Positions 51,847 through 64,000 of a DNA stretch of 64,000 nucleotides are shown piece by piece. The stretch covers positions 14,324,001 to 14,388,000 of the forward strand of contig NC_087251.1 in NCBI RefSeq assembly GCF_037042905.1, written 5' to 3'. The first letter of the stretch is position 1. Each line of letters opens with the position of its first letter. Under the pieces are notes generated by a model. The model was given only the letters and a program-made list of their open reading frames with translations, was not told the DNA's origin and did not search any database. This DNA is from Lytechinus pictus (lineage: Eukaryota). Position numbers and translations under genes: made by a program.

Positions 51847-52677
51847 TTAAGGTACGATCGGCTTTCAGGACTAAGGTACCATCAAGGGACGGCGCCAGGA
51901 GATAGAATAAGAATATAATTTAGGACATTGAGAAAAGGAAGGGGAAAGAGAAGTATTGTATCCGCTACTGCATGACGTGGCCTTACACACAAATATAAAA
52001 AAGAGTAAGAAATATTTCATTTTAAGTTTTCGTCTGACATTCATGCGTCTTCGAATAGTTAAAAGGCAATAAGTGATGTCTCATTTGAAGGAAAGACATT
52101 ACTTACAGAAATTTCTTTGTCGCCTTTTGATTATTGTTTCAGTCTTGGAGCTTGGGTTGAAAACTATTCAGATCTATACTGTTCTGCCTATTGATTGTGT
52201 TAGCCTGTCTTTAAAGTGAAATCTCCCACTTCTAAAATTATTTTGAAAGGATGGTCATGTTTATGTGAACTTAAAGGATGCACTTTTTGTGATTATGCCT
52301 TAGACATGACAGTAGACCACCCCATCGTTGATACCATATGATAGTACTCAAATTCATCTATCATTTCCCGAGTGGCAGAAGTTGGTTCTCCTAAAACCAA
52401 TAATTCATGAAAGGGATGTCTTCTTTTGATGCAGATCGTGTACATTGAGGGAATCTTTCTGATCTTTTACTTGAAGAGGACACGTAATTTCAATAAAACT
52501 CTGCGACGATGTTGAAGAAAATGCTTCATGAAATACAAGGGCAATAATTTTCTTTGTTTAAGAGATAGTTATTCACTTACAGCAAAGATTGATGAATTAG
52601 ATCTGACCTGAAATGAAACGGCATATCACTGCGTGTGCTCTGTCCGCCCAAAGAAACACCATTATTCAGACGTAAAG

Positions 52678-53097
52678 CCCCCATCACACTATAATTCCGA
52701 ATCAAGCAGAATTGGCCTGAATGAAAGGACTATTGTTTGACCACCAATTGGTCATTTAAATCTACTTCCAACATCGTTCGAGAATACCCCTCGAATGTTT
52801 TGAACATGACCAAAACCTTCGGGACGAAATGACAAATATATTTCGAATGCACTCAGAATGCAGTCAGAATATTTAGAATGCCCCTAGAATGTCCAAGAAC
52901 GTAGCACGAATTATCAATCTGACTCCATTGCGGTTCATTTTGACTAGTGTATGATGATACACCTGGTCAATTTACTGAATTTCAACTCCAGTTTGATGAA
53001 TTCATAAGTTCCTCCCAAAAATTTCTAGATTTTTTGAATATTTTTTCTTTCCAGCTTCTGCTCGATTCCTGCTGATTCCGAATAAGTGTGACGGGGG
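52678..53097. mobile_element. MITE with CCCCCATCACACT / AGTGTGACGGGGG termini
   Basis: Inverted termini plus internal CGAAT/AGAAT short repeats; similar motifs begin near 63925. Confidence 0.55.
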
Positions 53098-53431
53098 TAT
53101 AACACCAATTAGAGCTATAACGAATGAAGTAAAACTTTTCATTTTATTCACAAATCGTTACACAGTCATTAGTCAAGCTCTCCTGTTTCTATCAAAGTTG
53201 AAGAAGAAAATTATTTGCAGTCATTGCTGTCAATTAGAAAATGATAGAAGGCCTATATCTATGAACAAAGAAAAGTGTACATGGAATAAGCGGTGGTCTC
53301 CAAGGTAAACTCTATTTCATAAATCCTACTAGTATTGCTTTTATACAAGGGGTCGACTTTCTAAGCTGTATTACTCATTTTATTCAAGTTAGTTGTGGGT
53401 CTACCCAAGAAGGACGTGCTAAAGTGGTTAA

Positions 53432-54036
53432 AGGACAAGTCCACCCCAACAAAAAGTTGACTTAAATAAAAAAGAGAAAAATACAACAAGCATAACACTG
53501 AAAATTTCATCAAAATCGGATGTGAAATAAGTCAGGTATGACATTTTAAAGTATTGCTTCATTTCACAAAACAGTTGTTATGCACATCTTGGTCGGTATG
53601 CGAATGAGTAGACCAATAACGTCACCCACTCACTATTTCTTTTGTATTTTATTACATGAAATATCAAAAATTCGAATTTTCTCCTCATCGTCAAGGGAAA
53701 CAACGATTAATTCCTCCCTGAACATGCGGAATTAGCATTGTTTAATACTATATGGTTCATACATTTTGGTCCTTATTGTCAAATATGTAAAAAATGAAAT
53801 ATTGTATAATTCAAACAATAAAAAACAAAAGAAATAGTGAGTGATGGACATCATCGACTGACCCATTTGCATGTCACTAAGTTGTGCATCTCGCTGTTTT
53901 GTGAAAAATAAGCGAAACTTCAAAATGCCATAACTTTTTTATTTTACATCCGATTTTAATGAAATTTTCAACTTTATGTTTGTTTGATTTTTCTCTATTT
54001 ATTCAAATCAACATTTATCTGGGGTGGACTTGACCT
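53432..54036. mobile_element. Kolobok-like MITE, copy 3
   Basis: Intact TIRs with TTAA on both sides. Confidence 0.8.
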
Positions 54037-57000
54037 TTAAGTACCAGATTTGTAAGCCACTCGGTGCACTACAAATCTCACACGTGGTATAATCGACTAA
54101 CAGTTAAAGAAACATATGGAATACTAATGCTGATTGCCTGCATGTTCTCGTTCTTTGGTTTCTGTATATTCTTTATCCTTGAAGAACGTTTAAGTCGTAA
54201 CGGCCAGTGAGATTACACGTCACGCTCACAAAAAGGATACTTGTTGATCACTTTGCGTGTGCGTGTCACATCGAATTACTTACTAGATGCGAAGTAGCCA
54301 AGCTATAAGGTCTGGTATAAAAGTCTATTCTTATGAGAGCTATTAAAGGTAATCACATTGGTGATTTTCTAATTTTATAAACCTCACTGAAGGTCGCATG
54401 AGGATATACCAAATCATCCTTCACACAAGAATACACTATGCCTTCAAAAGGTTCTTTCAGGAAGAAATCTCTCGAAATGCCACACACCTGCTATTTAAGA
54501 ACGAGTGATTTTTAAAAACGAGTAGATTTCTCCTTTTTTGTCATAAAGAGCTAACCTCGACTGGAATCGCCATAGGAAAAGTAAATCGGGTTGTTTGATA
54601 AATAAAAAATCCCTACAACATTGAAATGCCAATCAACATAAAACCTTAATATTTTCGGAGAATTAAAACTACGACAAGGAGTATTTACAATGAATATTAA
54701 ATGCATAGACCTGTTGTACACCAGCAAAATCCCCTTTTCAGTCTGCTAAATCGACAAAGCCAAATTCTGTCGGCGGCATCCTGAATATGAATAGATTAGA
54801 GGATTACCTTTGCATGAGCTAGATGTAGAATAAATGAAAAGGAAATATTTTAGTGCGTGAAAAACATGGGGAAGCTACAGTGTCATCAGACTAATACAGG
54901 AGACGTGTGCACCCCGCCCCGTGCCTACATCGTACAGTTAAAAAAATACACTAATTTCAGCGACGTTATTAGTTTAATACCCACTGAGAAACCCTAGTTT
55001 CCCTCATTGGTTTCAGAGCTGTAAGTCACTTGTAGTTTCAATTTGTTTTCGAGGGATCGTACAAAGTGTTCCGAATCTCTCCGCGGTATTCTGAAAATTA
55101 AACCTATGTTTAACCCTGGTCGAAACTATAATTTCAAACCACACTTCCATATGGAACGATGGGTTTCATGATACCCCTTTCATATTCGTTGCAATACTAA
55201 TGTATCAATTAAGTCATTCAAATTCATGATATATTTTTTAAAGTATTATTTTCCTATTCTCTCCATTTCACGTCTCAAATGATTTTTGGACAACTTTTTG
55301 CAGCAGAATGAGAATAATATTTAATTAGTGAATGAGTTGACAACCGAAACTCCTTAAAAGTGTGGTCTATTAGTTGTATCATGAAAAACTCAAACCACAA
55401 GGTCGGAAACTACAATTTAGATAAACATGATAAATGTTATGAAACCATGAACGACATAAGCGAAATTCCCGTCCCCCTCATGTTATGTGATAATTGAAGT
55501 GGAACGACAAAGATATTGATTCGGATACATATCATTCCATGGAAAATGATACAAAATTAAGGAATGAGTACCAAGTAAACAGACTTCATTGGTCTAAGTA
55601 GTCATATTCATTCAATTCATTATCGCTTAGCATGCACAACAGGTATGTTATTGGTTGGGAAATGATTGTATTTGTGTCAACTGATAACGCCTACCCTACC
55701 TGTATACATAAGAAGGAAGAAAAAAAATGTGGTAGGCTCACCTTTACCCTACTTTATCAAAACAAATGTAACGTTTCAATTCCCAAATTAACACTTCACA
55801 TTTCACATTCTATTAAATGAAATGATATAAACATGCAACTTAAATGATGAAAAAAAATTATAACATTACGACAACCCTCTCTCGGACACACGTTGCCCCC
55901 CCCCCCCACTCACACACACACCCTCTCACCCTCACACGCACCCATAAACACATACCTGTACCCATAGATTGAAACGTTTCAAGGTTACACGCGGGATATC
56001 ATGACGTGGTAATCACTTAAAATCGTAGAAACGTATTTACTTTGCGAATTATAATATGAGCTACACAGTCCTTAGTTTTTAATCCAGATTCCGATTTGTT
56101 TAAATGTTCTTATCATGGTCGTGAAATATGAATGTTAGTAAGGGTGTGTGTGTGTGTGTGTGGGGGGGGGGTCAATTCATCATGTCCATAATGGGCCTAC
56201 AGGGAAGTGTGCCCTGGAGTTAATTAATAGTTCATGATCCTATCATATGATTGACATGTTTGTTAATATTGATGTCACTGCAGAAATTGATACAAGAAAA
56301 TTTGAACTCTTAATACTCTGAATAGTTGATTTCTAACAAAGAATCCCTAAAAGTGTAAAGGCGTTTCGGGATTCCTGTAAATACTTGAAGTTTTCCGTTA
56401 TATATAATAGATATTTAGCCTTTTATATCGCATAAGTACTTAAATCCCCAATAATAGCACCCACCTTGTCAACAAGACGAAACGGTGTTATACTGTACTG
56501 TGTCTGTCTGTCTATCTGTTATGTCTGTGGGGATAGCTTGGAAACTCCCAAAGCCAATGGTAGGCCTATAAATAGCTGAGTGTATATAGGCTTGCACATT
56601 TTCAAACTTGAAAGTTTGGAATTTTCAAGTTACCGTTCACCATGTTCACTGTCGTAAGATCCTTATTTGCGTTCAAAACGTGAACGAATAGATACTGAAA
56701 ATGATCATGTCTTGGGTTCAGACTGATTAAATACATGTGTTATTCCTTCAACAGGTATTAATGACGAGGAAGCAGAGGTGATATCGTCAAGACACTGGTA
56801 AAGATCTCCGTTGGTTTTGAGATAACACCTTGGTCATTATTGACCTACACCCCTCATTAACCAAGTCCAGTGTTTACTTAGAGAGGTTCCTAACTTCAAT
56901 GAATCAATGCCAGAAACAAAATCAAGTTAACAACTCATCTAGGTGACAAGTACTGCGACAAAGCCTGCCCTGGTTTGCTCATGGAGAGGTGTCCCACGTT

Positions 57001-60000
57001 CTGTTAACGGTAATTATGGAAGTCATGTTTCCAATTCATCGTGGGGAATAACCGTATATGACGAAAAGAAACACAAGAGACCCATATATTCCCGGGTATA
57101 TTCCCAGCCCGATGGAATGGTTTTAAATGATGGTGAAGAAAATATGATTTTTTTCATGCCTTCTTCTTTAACAATTGTGTTTTGGCTATTCACAAACAAT
57201 AGTTTCATTCAGTCATTTGAATCTTTAAATGTTTGCCCGAAATTATTGAAAAAGAAGAAAAAAAATCATCACCCCTGCGAACTGTGACAGCATTAATTGT
57301 ACGGAACTTATTTTCAGCTCTGTTGTAAATGTGTAAAATCAATAACAATAGGCGATGTATGCCATGTCGACTATGTAATTGATGTGTCTGTGAATGTTCG
57401 TAGGAATTTCTTTCAAAACATATTTACTTTAAGATATATTTTGATATTTACTGTAAAAATATTTGTCACAGATTCAAGATATAATCGCTGTGAATTTATT
57501 TAAGGGTAACAATTATGTCAATATAAACAGTATATATTGTTTGGTGATATATTTCATTTTATCGTATCAAATTTCATTGTATCGTATATTGTATTGTATC
57601 ATGATATAGTAGGCCTATTGCAGACCCTTTTCCGATACATATTTCAGTTGGACTCGACTCATTGTGGACGAGGGGAGGTAGGTAATTGGAAAGTCTGGAA
57701 CTTTCCATCCACCAAGCTAAAATCAACGAATTTCTTTCTTCTTCTCTCTATCTGTTTTTTTTTTGGGGGGGCGGGGCTGTCGGCGAGTGGCGGGTGTCCA
57801 CGGAACCCGTGACACCCCTAGGGTGAATATAAAAAAAGGGTTTCGCTTTCAATATAATACATTGTGCGGTGATTTATTGTTCTGTATTGCCTGTTGCACT
57901 GTATTTTATTGTTAAGTGGAATTGCACTTCAATATCTTTAATTGCTGGTATACATCAATATTTTGTGTTCTTTTCCAAACAAATTTTACAGCCTTGTTAA
58001 ACACAAAATATTATTTATTTTTAGGCCTACTTTCTAACGAATTCAAATTTATATAGAGTCTCCGTTGCTTTAGATAAAGGGGGTGCGGAAATCTATGGAA
58101 AATGTGTGTAGAGAGAATGATATCCGCCACAATTCTATGAAATCACACTAAGTTTGAATTTAAAAAATAAGCAAAAGCAACATCATACACCGCGTCTGTT
58201 TCATGAGCATTTAAATTCAGTCATTCATGGATATCAATCAGAAATATCTTACAATGATCGCCATCAAATTTGTAGGTACAAAACCGATAGTCTATTGATA
58301 ATCATATATGGTACTTAAATCAACGTTATACACCATTAAACAACCCAAGAGTGGTAAATTTGTAGAGGAAAAGTTTGCTGAAGGACATTAACTGGACATG
58401 AAGGGTGCATTGATTGATTTCGAGTTCGATTCATCACTAAAATAGTCGTTAAGAGTGAACCTCATAATCAATCCATGTCTAGGTATTTGTAGCATAAAAT
58501 TGGAATTCAACTTAATATAGAACATGTAGGAGTTACAGAGGTCTGTGGTTCGAGTCCTGTGTGACGTCTTTCGGAAGGTGACCTTCCAGGTATTAAAGGT
58601 TTATCACTGCCGTACATGTATATGTTAATTTCTGATTGATGCGCAACATAATACCCCAATATACACTCGACTCCATAAACAGCATGGGTACTATAAATTT
58701 ATTGAATCAGCACGCCCATAATATGCAGTCGCATAGCAAGTGGGTGAGGAAAGTGAACATTGTCATATAATTTCCTTTATGACGTCATGCTCCTGAACAG
58801 ACTAGCAACATACTAGACGTGCATCAGCCCAAAGATTCAACCAATCAAAATGAAAGTTATCAATCCACATTACTTACTACAACTTGCTGATTGGTTGTGG
58901 ATGGTTTTCTCACGACCGATTATAGATATAGAATCACGTCCTTGTAATCCAAGAACGAAAACAACAGATTATGATTTGTAGAAATACATGTATATACATT
59001 TTAATAAAAGAAAAAGTTGCAATGAAAAACAACAAACTCATATATAAACAACCGCTTAAATAACACTTCGTGGATCATTTGTATTTGACAAGGCCATGAA
59101 GGAATATGAAAAATACCGAGGTTCGACTGAAGTGCATAAAACAATAGAATTGATTTACACACCATGCAAGGGTAATCTGATAGACAGATGAGAAGTATTG
59201 ATTAATCTCCTGTATGCATTCAACCAGAGGCAGTGTCAGGGGTGGGGTTATAGAAGCTATTACCCCTTATGAAGTAAGTTGAGAGAAAAATAAAGATCAG
59301 TATTGAAAAAGGTTGTATTGAGATATAAAACATACATCTTCTTTGTATGAGAAAGAGAAATTTAGCAATATTTATGTCGCCTTGCCCCCCCCATCAGAAA
59401 TGCCCTGGCCCCACCCTTACTGTTGCACTTAATATAATGCTGCAAAAGTGGGAATTTGTATAATTTACAGATTTATATTTTGTACATTCTTGTTGTAAAC
59501 ATAATTATTTTCATTGAAAAACAAAATAGAAAAGGACTTCGAGGAAGATTCGGCATGGGCTAAACAACTTCTCCAATAAAGAATATTACTTCTACCACTG
59601 GTAAGAAATTAAAACAAATAAAACAAATATACTGTACAATAAGAGTATAAAGCATACATGCCGATATAAGTGATAATATCGAGAAATATATTAACAAATC
59701 ATCTTTACATCTATGTCGTTACCGAGAAACTCTGCTAACAATATGATCAAAGTGATATGTTTTTAAAGGGTCAAAATTAGGAGAATGAAAATGGTATATT
59801 TTCATTTATAAAATCACAGATGAACAGTATCTACATACGCGAATCGCTGGATATGGATGTGTTGACGAGACATTAGAAAAACAATGATCCAAAAGAATAA
59901 CACAATTAAGTATTTCAAATTACGTTATGCCTGTTTGTAATTTATTTTATTCGTTACTGTCAAATACAAGAAAATCCACATAAAGCTTCTAGTATACAGG

Positions 60001-62001
60001 TATTATCACACACTATACAGATCATTTTCAATGAGAAAGGCTTTTATACGGTTCGGTGAAGCATGTATATTGAACACAATACATGTAATGTATTGGAAAA
60101 CGTAACTAATGAGAGGAATGTTCGTTCAAAATTAGTGTTCATTTTAATATGCCTGAGAATTGCAAGCCGGTGCATTATTAGTGTATTTTTACACTTTCAA
60201 CTATACACAATTGTTTTCTAGATTTTGGGTAGGAACATGCGTTTTTTAATATAGAATTTCCGTCAATAAACCCCTCTTTTTATCTAGTTTATGTTTTCCA
60301 CACTTCAGATTTTATTTGTCACTAAACCACTTTGCAATGTAGGCCTAGATTGTGTTTGTGTTTCGTAACGCTGTATGAGAAGAAATGAATAAGATATTTA
60401 AAAAATCTAATCTCATTATTCAAAATACTGTGTTTAATCTACCCGTGAGATCGGTGTTATACATAATATCGGGCAAAAAGTAACAAAACAAAGAAGCATG
60501 TCTCATTTCTTGCTAAACTTTTTTATGGAACCATTTCAGAGTATTCTACAGGCTTACTCTATGGATAACAATAGACATTTGATTTATGACATGATGATCA
60601 TAATCAAACTTACCCCGTTGATGAGCTCATTAATGATGACAGAAAGTACAAAAGAAAAACGATGATTGGTGGTTCTCTACTCATATCAACATCAACCTTG
60701 TGACATCACGTGGGATGGTATAAGGAATCTCTGCGGGTTTTTTTAATTTACCAAATAGTCCTCGAATAGTACTTAAACTCAAACTCATAGAGTAGGAAGT
60801 ACCTGTTTCACTCAGCTACGTCACAGATCACCTTTGCATCTCGTTATCTGCGATATAAGCTCTCTGGCCTGGAAGAGAGACGGTCCTCGACGAGTCTCTC
60901 TCGGGCGATGGTAGGGTCCAAACTGCTTTGGATCGGGGAGCTACACCACCAGAGTGGGAGATTCCCGAGATGTATAACTGAAGGTCGCAAACAGTACCGA
61001 GGAACAACCTCTCTGATGCGTCCTATTGAATACAGGGTAAACATTACCCTGGGTTCATACCTGCCTAGGTCGATTGGGACACTTCAAAGGATAGTGGAAG
61101 CAGAAACGGATGATCGTGGAGTAAACACTCGCAAATATGGATCAATGGAAGAATTTGAATACAAATAGAATAAAAGGCTATACACAGCGTAAAGCCCCAC
61201 CCTTTTGAACCACTGTTGTGATTGGTCGTTCGGTATAATGCAACATGTGCATGGTGGAAGTTCAGGATGGATTTGGAATCCTTGTTTATCAGAGTTCATA
61301 CTTTGAAATCCAGGCACGAGATAATAAATCATTGGCATGCATATGTGTCTGGTCTCACGAGAGGAAATATTGGCACGTTTATTTCACTCCCATGAAATTC
61401 ACCCCCCCCCCCTTCCCCCGACTACCATCCGTTCATCGTTATTTTCATCTTTCATTATTAACAAACTATTTGTCAACAACAACAACAACACCAACAGCAT
61501 TGTATACAATTAAAATAAAAAGAAATCCGAAAATAATGTTGAAATTGAGAGTGAACTCCATCAAGAAAAATCCCATTCTATTACAACCAATATAAAAATA
61601 TAGTATAAAGTAAGTAAGAGAAAGGGGGATTCGGGTAGGGAAAATGGCAGGGATGGAAGGGGGACAAGACAACCTGCAGATGAGGAAATATTTCTTAATG
61701 CAATTGTATTATAAAGTAGAGCTACGCTGCACAGACCTCTATTTTTATATTTTTATTTTTCATTCTTCCACACCAGAAGCAGGTACCCCTATACCACGCC
61801 CTGGGGCGCCATCCCAGAGTAATGGGTATAGTGATTAAGCAATGACTGAGCTTGTTTTGGTGAAGGATGCGGATTAACATAATAATTGATACTGACAAAT
61901 CTTTGGAACTCACCCCATCAGAAAGTAATAATATTTGCACAAGTTACTAAGGACCTGAGTACATGATTGTTACCTCCCATAGGGGTGATAATGTCTGTTA
62001 A

Positions 62002-62600
62002 AGGTCAAGTCCACCCCAGAAAAATGTTGATTTGAATAAATAGAGAAAAGTCAAACTAGCATAACGCAAAAAATTTCATCAAAATCGGATGTAAAATAAG
62101 AAAGTTATGGCATTTTAAAGTTTCGCTTATCTTTCACAAAACAGTGATATGCACAACTCAGTGACATGCAAATGAGTCAGTTGATGATGTCCATCACTCA
62201 CTATTTATTTTGTTTTTTATTGTTTGAATTATACAATATTTCATTTTTTACAGATTTGACAATGAGGACCAACTTGACTGAACCACATAGTATCAAAAAA
62301 TGCTAATTCCATATTTTCAGGGAGGAATTAATCTTTGTTTCACATGTCAATAAGAAGAAAGATTTGAATATTTCATATTTCATATAATAAAATACAAAAG
62401 AAAATGTGAGTGGATGGCGTCATCAGTCTATTCATTTGCATACCGACCAGGATGTGCATATAACTGTTTTGTGAAATTAAGCAAAACTTTAAAATGTCAT
62501 AACTTTCTTATTTTACATCCGATTTTGATGGGATTTTTAGTGTTATGCTTGTTGGATTTATCTCTTTTTAGTTAAATAAACTTTTTGTTGGGGTGGACTT
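62002..62600. mobile_element. Kolobok-like MITE, copy 4 (opposite orientation, right tip lost)
   Basis: TTAA|AGGTCAAGTCCACCCC...GGGGTGGACTT. Confidence 0.78.
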
Positions 62601-64000
62601 TGCTGCATGCTTTTTTCTTCTTCAAATAAACATGATGAAAGTGCATATTGTTTCTTAGAATAAGACATTAACACGATCCATGAAGCTTACCCAGTTGCCT
62701 CCCCCCCCCCCCCCTCCCGAAAATTCAGCTCAAGTGCTAGTTACAGTTTCCTTTTTTCCCCTCTACAGTTGGGTAATCTAAAATAACCCCATAGTGATAT
62801 GCAGTGTATATGCAGTCGCTTATCTTTTTAAAAGAAAATTAATCAATTTTCCAAATGTTCCATGGATATCGGAACAACAAATTAAAGCCTAAAACAACAT
62901 TTAACACATCGTTAAACAAAATGACGCTCCTTGCAAATTTGATACTACATCAAAAGTCTTGCGGAATTTGTATACCTGGCAAAATGACAAATTCTTCGTC
63001 TTCGTCCCCTAATTAGTGTATCTCGTAGATCTATAATATTTCAATATGCCCAAAGCAAAATTATGTACATTGTACAATGAATTAGATGAAATGAGATCAA
63101 CGGGAATAGTGTCCCTGACTATAATATCACTCGTCTTTGTGGGAATGGTAAAATCCGCTTACAGGGGAAGTTCTCTCTGACGATAAGTTGGTTTTAAATA
63201 AAACCAGAAATTAAAGAGAAAATTAATGGTAAATGTATAATATGAAAATTCATCAAGGAATAAGAGAGTATGATTTTATTTGAAATCTTTAATGCATGGC
63301 GTGAGCAGTTCCCATTATATCATGTAATATAAATGCCATGAATACTTTTAAATGGAACATTATCACTTTTTTAATCTTAAAGGAAGGTGTATGAGTTGAT
63401 GATGTGTCTGATGATATATCTACCGCACAAATAAAATTGCATTTCGAGGAATTTTTATCACACGGGAAATGGAAGACTTGTCTTTGACGTCACATAATAA
63501 AAATCGCAAACCTTCACCAATGCTTTTTTCTATTTTTTCAACCGTTATTAAAACCAACTTATTGGCAGGGTGAAATTCCACTTTAAATTCAAACGTTTCC
63601 CGGAGGCGTAACTGACACACAAATTTATCTTCATTGTGTAAAAGATTGTATCATTCACTCAAACAAAATAAGATAGCTTGGACAAGTATGTCATGGAATA
63701 TGAAAGAAGCACGTACAGGTAAAATAGTTTGTTGCATTCTTTATGGCATTCATTCAGTTAAAAAAAATAATGAAAATATTGCTCATATTCCATTTTGTCT
63801 CTGGATTCATGGATAATATCAAGGATTATCTCAACTGTACTAAATAGAAATAAAGCTGAAATTCAAATCTTCATAATTGAATATGAGAACTGTTATGATC
63901 GCAATCTGTGACCTCTCTAAATCTCGGGTTACACCAAAACCGAATTCTCCCGAATAAATTCGGACCGATTCTGCCCGAATTCGGCCTGATTCGAATGATT

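Noticed and set aside
43000..52610. Candidate non-coding 5' exons of the globin gene (acceptor-like sites near 43352 and 52608; donor-like sites near 52106 and 52580)
   Set aside because: Splice-like motifs alone are expected by chance in this much AT-rich DNA; transcript data are needed.

Overview
AT-rich, intron-containing animal DNA. The repeat families and gene content suggest an echinoderm such as a sea urchin; this is inference, not shown by the sequence. The main feature is one large minus-strand gene encoding a concatenated multi-domain globin. I traced 21 coding exons with canonical GT-AG boundaries and consistent phases, totalling 4881 nt (1627 codons). The protein starts at 31532 with MGCCHSK, a myristoylation/palmitoylation-type N-terminus, followed by a low-complexity linker of about 145 aa and nine complete neuroglobin-like domains. 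A tenth domain is partial and the gene runs off the left edge of the window. Within the globin array, introns occur only at positions B12.2 and G7.0, with none between domains. Domain 5 has Gln in place of the distal His, and domains 7-10 are strongly homogenised. The rest of the window (introns and 31.7-64 kb) holds non-autonomous DNA transposons (hAT-, Kolobok-, Helentron-, CACTA-, Harbinger- and Tc1-like), tRNA-derived SINEs, a LINE fragment, minisatellites and microsatellites. I could not support any other protein-coding gene.
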